Source: Rhina ancylostomus
Lineage: Eukaryota
Assembly: GCA_030265395.1 (NCBI GenBank)
Contig: JARFYF010000055.1
Coordinates: 14,111,594-14,175,480 of the forward strand
Length of the DNA stretch: 63,887 nucleotides
Direction of reading: 5' to 3'
Below, piece by piece: positions 51,859 through 63,622 of this stretch (its first letter is position 1; every line of letters begins with the position of its first letter). The notes below the pieces were generated by a model. That model was given only the letters and a program-made list of their open reading frames with translations, was not told the DNA's origin and did no database searches. A program made the position numbers and the translations under genes.

Positions 51859-53393
51859 CCGTTGCGCATTAATTGCTTGTACGTTTATAGATACATTTAG
51901 CAGATCGAAATTCTAAAGTAGCGTGAACCTATGAATGATCTCTCCCCATTTCCACCGTACTTCTTCTGTCCCGGGGCGCACTCAAAGAACCTTCATTCTA
52001 TCCCATGCTAAACAGTTCAATTGGATCCGTTGCGTAAAGATCCAGTTTGCCTTTTTGAGAATCCTGCACTTATTCAGCTCGTAATCTCTGTGAGCTAGCG
52101 ATAACAATTCGAAGCAGTTTATGATCAAGTCATAACTCCTCGTGGTCTGGCAGCACCTAATTCCCGCATCAAATTGTCTCTTCTAGTTCTATGTAGTTAT
52201 CTGGCCATTTAAGTGTAAACTCTCTCTCTCTCTCTCTCTCTGTGAAGCAAGGGGTGGTAGAAATAAGAGATCTGCTTTTAAGACCTAACGAGCGATCAGA
52301 GTTTTGAACTTGCCACTAATTTCCAGTACTTTAAATGTATTTATTTTAAAACTTTAAAGTAATAAATTAACGCAAATACATTTCCCATTCCCACGCTGAT
52401 CCACTATACAGAGCTGTGATGAAGCATATGTGAAGGTTTGTGTAATCAGAGCAGCGGGCGCCCGCCTCGGACTGAGAATTTAACCAACACATTCACTAAA
52501 TGCACTCTGATGGTGCTGTTGACACCTTAGTCTGTGACTGAGTGTGTGTGGGTGAGTGTATGTTTGTGTATGTGCGTGTGTCTACATGTCACTGATGCGC
52601 CCCTGTCTGTCACTGGCCGAGGATAAATCTCCTCTACGGAAACACAAAGCTTTCAGGTCAAATTAACTTTGAAGGACTCAATTGCCGATTATTATCCTGC
52701 TTCACGTTTCCTCTGATATAACCCCCTAACATAAAATCCTCATAAATAAAGAAATGGATTCCAAATTCCTCCGAACTCTATTTTCCCGGACAGTTTTAAT
52801 TTTAAATCCCCGCTGGCCCTAAAAGATAAATTAATGCAGTTTCTCCCGTCAGGAATGTAATTCAAACAGGAATGTAATGTAATCACATTAAGAAGTATGT
52901 CCTTTTAAAATAGTCCCCAAAATTCCCGTCGGGGTCCCCAGATTCCGGCTGGGGTTGGGGTGAGATATCGTCTTCCCGTCCCTGGACCACCCTCCGAATC
53001 CTTGCAAGCAAAGTGCTGCTCACGGACACAAACAGGCAGCGACTAAGACGAGCGCTCTCCAACGCACAGACCCAGCTTGGCCGGTGAACCTCAGGAACCC
53101 GTTGTTTCGCGGCGTGGTGTCAGAAAACATTCTGGTGCAGCTGCGCTTCCCGGTTTAACCGGCATCGGGGTTTGCAAAACACAGACAGTTCACACCAGTT
53201 AATATGATTACAAGTTCACCCAGGGCAGTACACATTTATCTATAGTTTATTTCTCTCCGCACATTCCATGCACCAATACATTTAATGTACATCACACACC
53301 TTCTCTTTGAAACATTTAGCAATATGTTACATTTCATTTACCTACCAGATGACAAGGGTTTATATCTGGAGTAACATATTAAGGTCGTCTTTT

Positions 53394-53476
53394 CGATTTC
53401 TCCCTTGGCATTCACCGCGTGCCTTAATTGTATGATATTAAATCAAGGTCCGCCGTGAACACGGAGAGTGAGACCG
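53394..53476 (-). ncRNA. MIR124: miR-124 precursor hairpin (5p 53442-53463; mature 3p 53405-53426)
   Basis: Reverse complement reads ctctc-CGTGTTCACGGCGGACCTTGAT-ttaatatcatacaat-TAAGGCACGCGGTGAATGCCAA-gggag. The 3p arm is identical to canonical miR-124-3p and the 5p arm differs at one position. Lower stem pairs, and a CNNC motif (CGAC, 53384-53387) lies about 18 nt past the 3p end. Confidence 0.98.
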
Positions 53477-54377
53477 TTTGCCCTTTCCCAATCCCGGATT
53501 CCGCCGGTGCTGTAAACATTGAGACCTTCTTGCTCCGTTTTATCTGCGCGCTTGTTACCTGTATGGCCGGACTCCTCCTTCTCCGCATCCCCGCTGTAAA
53601 TGTCTCTCCTGTTTTGGGCTGCTTTGCAACAATCATGTGCTAAGGTTTCGATGCCTTATATTTTTCGGATGAACCACTTTTCTATTCGGGCGAGAGGAGC
53701 TCTATATTGCTGGTCCTTGTCCTTCGTGCCTCTCTCTTATTAAAGGGAGGGCGTTCAAAGTAGGACAGTGTCCCATNNNNNNNNNNNNNNNNNNNNNNNN
53801 NNNNNNNNNNNNNNNNNNNNNNNNNNNNNNNNNNNNNNNNNNNNNNNNNNNNNNNNNNNNNNNNNNNNNNNNNNNNNNNNNNNNNNNNNNNNNNNNNNNN
53901 NNNNNNNNNNNNNNNNNNNNNNNNNNNNNNNNNNNNNNNNNNNNNNNNNNNNNNNNNNNNNNNNNNNNNNNNNNNNNNNNNNNNNNNNNNNNNNNNNNNN
54001 NNNNNNNNNNNNNGAAATGCACCATTCTCAGTCTGCAACTCTCCAAAAATGCGCCTTTCCCACCCAAATCGATATCGAACCAATGCGACAGGGGTGGTGG
54101 GGGGTTGGGAGGCGGAGAAGAGAAGTTATTTCCATATTTGTTGTTGGAAAATGTGGAAGACGAATGTTTTGTTTTGGAGAGGTTTGTTTTTGCGAGAGGG
54201 GTGCAACTTGTGACTTCAGCATCCGCTGCGTTCCCTCCCTTTCCACGGGAGAAGGGATGTGCTCGCAGTCACATTACGCACTCCAGCACAGATTATGCAT
54301 CTACTGCAGCCTGAGCCTTGCCTCAGGACCACAGCTGGTGGGATCAGACTCTACCCCAACGGATCACTGGCCGCTCA

Positions 54378-54385
54378 TGACGTCA
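54378..54385. promoter_or_regulatory. Palindromic CRE (TGACGTCA)
   Basis: Perfect TGACGTCA in a CpG-rich block about 0.9 kb upstream of miR-124. Confidence 0.55.
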
Positions 54386-55063
54386 GCACCAGTGCTGCCT
54401 CTCGCAGAGGCAGTTCAATCCAACAGAAACTGCTTGCTCTGTATCTCGGGACTGCGGCGGCTGCAGAGGCAATGTTAGCAACCGCATTGACACAAGCATT
54501 ATTTGTTTTAATTTAAATCCGCCGTCACAAGTAGCTTCCATCAGATCAGCAATGATTACCCCCCTAGTGAAAGGTCAGCGTGTCAAAAACACAGCATCTG
54601 ATTTCACCAGACACTGCCGAACAAATGGTTATCACTGAAATGGCCAAAAGTTTGTTCATTTTATATGTGAGATCGAAGGGAAAAAGCGTATCTACTTTTC
54701 TTGTTTAAAACACCACTGGAACACTGATCTTTGTATCTCATCTGTTCGGCTGATTTATATGGCTAGGGTTCGACAGCACCCAAATTAAGATTAACCGATG
54801 CATTGTCAAACTGCAACTGGAAGATTTTTCTATCCCAATTTGTAACCAAGGAGGATTAAAAAGAACATTTTAGCGAAGCAGTTCAACGCAGACGGTCAAC
54901 AATGATCCTCCATGTGGCATCTCAGAAGGCCCAAGTTATGGGACTGCAGAATGCGCATGTTCCCTTGATCACTCACTCGCATGTGTTTGTGTGCCCGCAC
55001 TGTTGGATATATAGATATAAACCGATGTGTCAGGATCTTGATTGATTAGGATCAGAATGGACC

Positions 55064-55071
55064 TGACGTCA
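55064..55071. promoter_or_regulatory. Second palindromic CRE (TGACGTCA)
   Basis: Perfect TGACGTCA next to AT-rich TTTTATAAAT, about 240 bp from the RE1. Confidence 0.5.
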
Positions 55072-55309
55072 ATTAATTTTATAAATTAACTATCTATCCC
55101 GCGGCCCTCGGAGAGTTCAAAAAGGCAGATGAAGCCGCGATCGATATATACAATTAATTTCTTTAACTCCATTCTCGTGCTGAAGAAAGACATCCATCTC
55201 TCGACGTGGTTATCAAATGTATCATTCCCCCCCCCCTCCTTTGATCCTAATTGTGTAATCCCGCGAAGGATTATTGCCCGGGACAGTGGAACGGGTACCA
55301 ATTATGAGA

Positions 55310-55330
55310 TGCGCTGTCCGTGGTTCTGAA
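55310..55330 (-). promoter_or_regulatory. RE1/NRSE (REST binding site)
   Basis: Reverse complement TTCAGAACCACGGACAGCGCA versus consensus TTCAGCACCACGGACAGCGCC (19/21, canonical half-site spacing), about 1.85 kb upstream of the miR-124 hairpin. Confidence 0.88.
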
Positions 55331-56197
55331 TCACCCCAAATGCATAGAGAGGAGCAATAAAACCTCCCGCGACTGTGGGGTGATTCACTCGGTTCATTAA
55401 CGGGACCATTTGAAAACAAAAAGCACAGCACTGATACGATCACGTTCTCCAGGACACCGTGGATGGGCAGTAATTACCAGCGATGTCAATTATGTCCTCT
55501 TCCAAAGAATGAATAGCAATATACCTCAATGAATTGATAGTTTAACACATTTAAAATATATGACTTAAATACACGAAAGTAATCTAAAGGGAACATATAG
55601 CGAAATACTCAGATTACTTCTGAGCATGTACTTTTATATATATACGAAATTTGAGAAAATGTTGTGCCCTTTACAATCTGGCGAAATAAGAAATATCTCT
55701 TCCGCTCACCTATGTCCTAAGAATGCAATGACTAAAATACCACAGGCCGAGGCCCCGTTAAAGATTCCTTGTCACCTGATGNNNNNNNNNNNNNNNNNNN
55801 NNNNNNNNNNNNNNNNNNNNNNNNNNNNNNNNNNNNNNNNNNNNNNNNNNNNNNNNNNNNNNNNNNNNNNNNNNNNNNNNNNNNNNNNNNNNNNNNNNNN
55901 NNNNNNNNNNNNNNNNNNNNNNNNNNNNNNNNNNNNNNNNNNNNNNNNNNNNNNNNNNNNNNNNNNNNNNNNNNNNNNNNNNNNNNNNNNNNNNNNNNNN
56001 NNNNNNNNNNNNNNNNNNNNNNNNNNNNNNNNNNNNNNNNNNNNNNNNNNNNNNNNNNNNNNNNNNNNNNNNNNNNNNNNNNNNNNNNNNNNNNNNNNNN
56101 NNNNNNNNNNNNNNNNNNNNNNNNNNNNNNNNNNNNNNNNNNNNNNNNNNNNNNNNNNNNNNNNNNNNNNNNNNNNNNNNNNNNNNNNNNNNNNNNN

Positions 56198-56252
<55 letters not shown>
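56198..56252. repeat. Compound (CT)n(CA)n microsatellite at a gap edge
   Basis: Seen directly. Confidence 0.95.
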
Positions 56253-56253
<1 letters not shown>

Positions 56254-58989
56254 CCTCTTTTCTACAACTCACTAATCCCGGGCCAGATGAGGTAGCACAG
56301 AGATTACAGGCCGATCTGTTGCAGATCTTGGCAATGGGGCGGCCTCTTTGAATTATTCCTCTTTCCACCTCCCCACAGCGCTTTTGTTCCTATTTTTATT
56401 CTATCTCCTGCTCTTACTATCTGCATAAATTGATGCGTTGAGCTCGGGTCACAAGTCTGGCGTGTGTGTATGGGGAGGAAGGAGGGGGGCTGTTAATGGT
56501 TGGGTGGCTCAGAGGTCCTTTGAAAGCTGGAAGGGGAGGGGAGTTGCTCAAACAAGACTAATAATTGCAGTCAGCTGTCTGACGCGTGCCCTCTACAAAT
56601 CTGACACCGGGACACCAGATGGCCCAACTCCGGAGTTCGAGATAAATCCCCTCCCCCCACCCCATCTCTAACCCGGTCTCCCTCAACCACATCTCCCAAA
56701 ATGTTTCCAATGCCCTTTGTGAGACTGCAGCAGAAATGGCACAAACCGACGCATTCGCTAGGCAGGACAACGGTTGTCTGGCTAGTGCAGAGAGCCTTGG
56801 ACCTGCAGATCTCGGCTCGACCCTCAACTCCCGCACAGAATATTCTGTTCAACTACAGCTCGAACGGAACTCATTTTATTGGAGGATAAGGATTCAAATA
56901 AATAACCATCATCTATATCAATATTTCTCTTTTTGATTAATTCGGGGGCAAGGGGAAAATCTTAATGCAAGATCCGAAGGACAAATTAAAACTAAACATG
57001 AACAATTTAAAAAAATGAAAACAGACTGTGATACCTCTTTAATTCGTTCTATTTAATATTATAACTAAAATGCAAACTAGTTCAATGCTTGAAAACACAG
57101 ACAAGGCCAAGGTGGACTTATTTCCATCATTTATAGCAGAAGACGTCAAGACCATTGTTTTGAATCGCGATTTTCCCTACGAGCGCAAATTTTATGTGAA
57201 CCAAAAGAAAGGACATTTAAAAGAATCTTTGAGCTATAACAACGGGGAGTTATAGCCAAACAACGAGATTCAAATATACGGGGAAAGACTCCTTTTCAAA
57301 CTCATGTAAAGACTGCATTTTAACGTATCCGGCAGATACTTCAACTGGCTGACCAAATTCTGATGAAAACTTTAAAAACAATTTGGAAAATTCGAACTAC
57401 GTATATTTATACACCAGATTTTTTATGTTGGGCAACATAATAAAAACGGCATGGATTCGTCTCAAAAGCAGAGTTTGTAAAATAAAATCTAATGTTCTCC
57501 CCTGATACACCCTAACCCTGTTTATCCAAGACAAATCCATTGCTGGATTTAAACAAAACTACTGAACGGCAGTATGACAGACAGTGCACTCCAGCGAGTG
57601 CATTCAGTTGCGGGCTGGTAGAATTATTTCGGGCAACATTTATAATTTTTTGGAAGATTATTTTTGTCGCATGGATGAGGAGAATGGAAAGGTTTTTTTT
57701 AATCGTCCCGTTCTCGGAAGTATCTTAAACACGTTTTCCTTTTTTTCAAAAAAAATGTTGTCTAAATATACAGAACAATAAATGAGCAACGGCGGGCTGT
57801 CAAAAGACACATCGATCTGTTTGGAATGGTCAATGTTCCCACTGCGACAGAAGGTGTGCGGATCCTGTCTATTCTACCACAGGTTTTAATCCCGCTGGTT
57901 TCTCGCCTTTAAAAGAATAGAGCATTAAAACAAATACAAAAGATCAATTCTAAGCCAACGTTTCCACTTGTTGTGCAAGCAAAAATCTCGTTGTAAAATA
58001 AAATTTCGATCTAATTGATTAGATCACCAAGAGAAATGCAATTGTTTATGACAATTTCTAATTTTCTGACGAAGGCGAGAGGTGGGATGAGCCGATTAGA
58101 TGATCACAAATCCTACTGTTTGACGTTTGAATACAAGCTCGTAATGAAGATAATCGGCAGAGAGAAAACCCTCATCCATTCGTTCTAGAACCCAGAGTTG
58201 AGGTTTCTACATTTAATGCTACTTACAGCCAGCTTCTGAAGCAAACCATGCGACGTTCTTTCAGACTAGAAGTCAGCTTTTGCAGTGATTTTTAAACGGT
58301 TATTTTAATGAACAAACAGGTTCTCAAGAGGTGCAATCCACGGAAACTAAGCTCGATGTGATCTGCTTTGACAATTTTTCTCTGCATTGTAAAAGCTTTC
58401 ACATTATTTTGGAACCTGGGAGCTGAGAGGAAACGTCTCCACGCAGATCAAAGGCGGGGCGAGGGGAAAGTGGTGCTGAAGGTGGGCCGGATGGAGGTGA
58501 GGGGGTGGGAGGGTGGGGGAAGAATTTGGGGGAGAGAGAAGCAGAGAGGGGGTTCTGGGGTGGGAGATGATGAAGTGGGNNNNNNNNNNNNNNNNNNNNN
58601 NNNNNNNNNNNNNNNNNNNNNNNNNNNNNNNNNNNNNNNNNNNNNNNNNNNNNNNNNNNNNNNNNNNNNNNNNNNNNNNCGGGGGTGGGAGATGATGAAG
58701 TGGGCGAGCCCTGAGCCACAGCCTCAGCATCCTTTACTGCTTTCTCCCCTGGGACGGGGACTAGCCATTTATCATTAACCCTTTCATTTCCTCACAGGCT
58801 GTATTCAATATTTGTGATAAAACTGGCGCTGTGCTTGCAACAATCGCCTTTCCTGGCTCTTATCCAGCATGACGAGGGGGTGGATGTGTTACAGGGAGGT
58901 GCAAAGCACAACTATGATTCTGTCACGGCCTTTGAGATTCCAACCCCGTTCCACTGATTCATCTGGGATGAAGGATGGGGCGGTATCTA

Positions 58990-59265
58990 TAGTCAAGTTG
59001 GGTTTATTGTCATATGCACAAGTACATGTGTGCACAGGTGCAGTGAAAAACTTACTTGCGGCAGCATCACCGGCACATAGCAATAAAGGCACAACATTCA
59101 CAAAAAAAAACATAAATTATACCCAATATTACAAGAAAAAACACAATTAGAACAAAAACATGCAGTCCATTGTAGTGCACAGTGGTCACAGTGTTGCTAC
59201 ACCGAGGTAGTGATTAGGGTTGTGCAGGATGGTTGAAAGGAAGTAGCTGTCCTTGAACCTGCCGT
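58990..59265 (-). mobile_element. 3' end of the same Rex1/Babar-like family
   Basis: GTTTATTGTCATATGCACAAGTACATGTGTGCACAGGTGCAGTGAAAA closely matches 44313-44362. Confidence 0.8.
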
Positions 59266-60979
59266 TCTTTGACCCCTATGCCGACTCCAGAGGCAAATAC
59301 AAATACACTCTTACGGATGATGGGTGAGGAAGTCAGAAATAAAAACAGGAAACGCCGGTAAAACACAGAAAGTCGGGCAGCATCTGAGGAAAGAGCAGGC
59401 GAGGAAGGGCTTGGGATCTGAAGCTTTAACTCTGTTTCTCTTTCCACCGATGGTGCCTGACCTGCCGTGTATTTCCAGCGTTTTTGTTTTACTTCAGATG
59501 TTCAGCTTCTGCAGTTTTTTTAAGTATTCATTTACGAGTGGCAATTATGCTCGGAATCGGAGATCTGAAACTAGTCTGGTGTTTCTTTCCTGCAGACATC
59601 GCATCCCCTTCACATGGAAAATAGAACTTACAATTTAAAAGGACCACCTTGGGTAAATGAAGGTACTAAACCTGCAATACCGAAATCCTTTGAAATGTGG
59701 ACACTGCCGTCTTTCTGATGGGACCTAGCAGGGAATTCCAACCGGTGACAAGCAGCATTGCGCCTCTCCTTCCCCTCCTGTGCACAAGGGAGTGGGGAGC
59801 GCTCTGTGAACAATTCCCCAGATTCATCCTGTTCATGTCAACAGAGGTTTAAAAGAAAATAAACAGATAAAAGTCGCCTGTGGTGATTACATTTTTTATT
59901 AGGTTCCATATAGTTCATGAGATATGTGAAAACCTGCCATCTCTTACTGATCTGTCTGGAACAGGAACCTACACAAAACACTTTTTTTTCTGAATTAGTC
60001 ATGTTCTTGCAGGTCCTCAAAACGGGTTAAGTCTCCCTCTACCCCCCCCCCCCACCCCGTGTTCCAGGTTATTTCTGAAGTTGTTCCCACTTGTGAGAGA
60101 CTAAAACAGGGATAGTAGCTGTAAGACAAGTTTCTTAAACTTCTGGCAACTTTCCCCCTCTGTCCCTTTCCCCCTATTTTTCCTTTTTGTCCCTCCTCCT
60201 GACCCAACTGGCCGCCCTCACCCTATGTCTTCCTCCTCCCCTACCCTCCCCCTCTTCCTCTGCTCCTCACTTACACACTTCTCCCTTCCCCTTCCCCACC
60301 TCTGTTCCACGTTCCACCATCCTCTCCTACCAGATTCCATCACTTTCAGCCCTTTGTCGCTTCCATCTATCGCCTCCCAGCTTTTNNNNNNNNNNNNNNN
60401 NNNNNNNNNNNNNNNNNNNNNNNNNNNNNNNNNNNNNNNNNNNNNNNNNNNNNNNNNNNNNNNNCCCTCCATCTTTTATACTGGTTATGCTCTCTTCCTG
60501 TCCAGTCTAGATAAAAGTTCTCGGCCGCAACATTGACTGTCCATTTCCCTCCGTAGATGCTGCTTGACCCACTGAGTTCCTCCAGCGCTTTTTGTGTTGC
60601 TCCATATTCCAGCATCTGCAGTCTCTTGTGTCTCCCGTCAGCCATAAGTCAGCCTCTGATAGGGAATCGCTACCACATGGAGTAATCAAGGGTGGTAATG
60701 TGGGAGGAACCCATTTCCTCATGGAGTTGTGGAGTACAGGGGCAGGAAATGGAGTCACGGAACCCGGTAAGNNNNNNNNNNGTAAGAAAACATGAGGGCA
60801 AAAGACATATCGAGGGGACCTCCAACCATGACAGTTCCCCTGAGGTGTGTCATAATCTTCAAAGGTTTCCCAGAGGTGCATCAATATTCACAGGAGCCCC
60901 CTGAGTGTGTCAGTAATTTCAGTGATTTACAGGATTGGGTTGATTTGGTGACTCCTCAACTGTGTCAGGATATAACCCA

Positions 60980-61865
60980 AAGAGTGGGAAGAAATTAAGT
61001 TGTGAAAAAGACATAAGGAGACTACAGAGACGGTCAATAAGTCCTGTGGGTGGATACAGGTCTTGCAAATAGGATAACTGTGTGAAAATGTAAAATTGTT
61101 CATTTTGGCTGGAAAAACAAAAAAAGTAGATAATTTACATGGTAAGAGATTGCAGAGCTCTAAGGGATCTGTGGACCTTGGTATGTAATTTGCAAAAGGC
61201 TAGATTGCAGGTAAATGGGAAAGCTAACAAAATGTTATAACAAATGCCCTATATAGCCAACATTGGTATTATAGTACTGATTCTCTTTATTTAAGGATAT
61301 TGATGCATTGGAGGCAGTTCAGAGAAGACTTGCCAGACTGATTGTAATCAAAAAGGCTGCAGATGCTGGAGATCTGAAACAAAAACAAAAATAGCTGAAA
61401 ACACTAAGCATGTCAGAGAGATTCTGTCTCTCTTTTCACAGATGCTCTCTGACCTGCTGAGTTCCTCCAGCATTTTGTTTTTTTTAATACCTGGAATAAG
61501 TGGGTTGCCTTGTAAGCAACGTTTGAAGACACTCAGCTCTTATCAGCTGGAGTTTAGAAGATTGTGAGATGATCTGTTTGCAATGTATAAGACCCTGAGG
61601 AGTCTTGCCGGAGAATTTAGAGCAACTTAAAACTAAGGCATTTCCCATTTATTTCTTCCAGAGTTGTGAGTTTTCATTCTCTTCCTTAAAGGAAACAGTG
61701 TCATTGAACATTTTTAAGGCAGAGGTAGATAGATACCTGATAAGCAAGTGGGTGAAAGGCAGATGTGGTAGAAATGGAGATTTGAGGTTGCAATAGGGTC
61801 AGCTGTGAATTTATTAAATGGCAGAGTAGGCTTGAGGGACTGGGAGGCCCTACTCCTGCTCCTCA
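60980..61865 (+). mobile_element. CR1-clade LINE 3' fragment with a nested Penelope-type hairpin (about 61352-61480)
   Basis: AAATGTAAAATTGTTCATTTTGG (KCKIVHFG), GATGCATTGGAGGCAGTTCAGAGAAGA (DALEAVQRR), TTTAAGGCAGAGGTAGATAGA (FKAEVDR), ending CCTACTCCTGCTCCT. Confidence 0.82.
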
Positions 61866-63302
61866 TTCAAATGGTCACATGTCCCCTCGGGCTTTGATAA
61901 TGGTTTTCTAAAAGTTTCCCAGGAGACTCAGTATTTTCTGAATCTGGAGGAGCATCTCAAGACTTCCCCAATGTATCGGTTTTTACTGGGCTTCCCCAGT
62001 AGTTTGGTAGCATTTTCACTGGGTTTCCAGGAGCATGTTAATGCTTTCACAGGTACACCAGGAGTGCAATGTTATTTACAGGGGTTTCCCAGGAGCATAT
62101 TAGTATATTTAGTGTTCTCCCTGGAGTCCGTCATTATTTTCAACATGTATGTATTTATAGGGCTTCCCCAAGAGGGTTTGGGTAATTTAAGGGGTTCCCC
62201 AGGAGTGTGTCAGTGTTTAATAGATGCTGGAGTGCATCAGTATTTGTAACGGTTCACCAGGAGTGTGTCAGCATGTTCAATAGTTGCTGGTGTGCACCAG
62301 TATTTGTAATGATTCACCAGGAGTCTGTCAGTGTGTTCAATAGTTGCTGGGGTGCACCAGTATTTGTAATGATTCACCAGGAGTGTGCCAGTATTTTAAG
62401 GTGTTCCATTGTTTCCCAATTGGGAAACAAATAAAGTGGCAAACGCTGGAATCTGAAGCAAATGCAGAAGTGCTGGAAGAACTCAGCCAGTCAGGTTCCC
62501 AACCCAAAATGTTGACTGGTTTCTCTTTCCACAGATGCTGCTTGACTGGTTGAGTTCTTCCAGCTTTTCCATTTCTCTTTCAATATTCTCAGTTATTGCC
62601 CAAGACTGAGTCTGTATCTTGAGGGGGTCCCCTCAACAATGTTGATTCCCCAGGACGATGTGAATTTCACTGGAATGCACCAGTATTTACAGCTGTTCCC
62701 TCGGAAGGCTTTGGAATTTTAAGGTGTTTCTCCAGGTGTGTGAATACTGTCAGGGTTCCCCCGGAATGTGCAGTATTCTCAGTCATTCCCTAGGAGAATG
62801 TCAGTAAATTTAGTGATTCCCCAGGGGAGAGGCAATGTTTTCAGGGATTCCCCAGCATTACGAGAGTATTTCCAGGTTTTTTCCAGGAACGTGTTATTAT
62901 GCTCAGGGATTCCTCAGGATTGCATTAGGACATTCGGTGGAGAGCAACAGCATGTTCAAGGGTTCCCCATGAATTTGTCCATAACTTCAGTGGTGTTTTG
63001 GAATTGTGTCAATACTTGCATGGCTTTCTGGAGAATGTTTCAGTGCTTTGAGATGATCCTGGTCTGCACCAGTATTTTTAGGTGATTCAGGAGGGTATTC
63101 ACAGGGATTCTCCAATGGGATTTGGCATTTTTAGGGATTTCCCAGGAAAGCATCAGAGTTTTTAGGTATTCCCTCAGGGTGTATCAGTACTCTAGGGCAT
63201 TCCTAGGAGTTTTTCAGTTGTCCCTGAAGTGTGTCAACATTTACATTGGTTCCCCAGACACATTTCAGTAATTTCAGAGTCTGTCGGTATTTTCAGGTAT
63301 TA

Positions 63303-63622
63303 AAGTCATAGAGTCAAACACATAGAAACTGGCCCTTCAGCCCACCAGGTCAACCAACCATCAAGCACTTGTGTACAGTAAACTTATACCAATCTCATTT
63401 TATTCTCCCCACATTTCCGTCAACTGTCCCCAGATGCTACCACTCACTGGGGGCAATTTAGCATGGCCAATAAATATACCAATCCGCACATCTCTGGGAT
63501 GTGGAAGGAAACCCATGCAGTCATAGGGAGAACATGCAAATTCCACACAGACAGCATCAGGTCAGCATCGAACCCGGAATGCTGTGAGGCAGCAGCTCTA
63601 TTAGTTGTGCCAGCGTGCTGCC
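63303..63622 (-). mobile_element. HE1/V-SINE-like copy inserted in the minisatellite
   Basis: GTCATAGAGTCA tail, GGGAGAACATGCAAATTCCACACAGACAGC core and ATCGAACCCGG B-box. Confidence 0.85.

Noticed and set aside
40299-56351. Long ORFs spanning N runs (40299-40955, 42440-43608, 53682-54478, 55626-56351)
   Set aside because: Artefacts of assembly gaps and low-complexity sequence.
58470-58480. Additional RE1 sites (GGTGCTGAA here; TCAGCACC at 54383)
   Set aside because: Half-sites only, with no correctly spaced GGACAG partner.
62221-62400. CRISPR-like repeat array
   Set aside because: Head-to-tail tandem repeats with no unique spacers, in a vertebrate genome with no cas genes.
62207-62434. 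Cys/His-containing 20-aa repeat resembling a zinc finger
   Set aside because: It is the translation of the 60-bp minisatellite block. The spacing does not fit C2H2 and flanking units break the frame.
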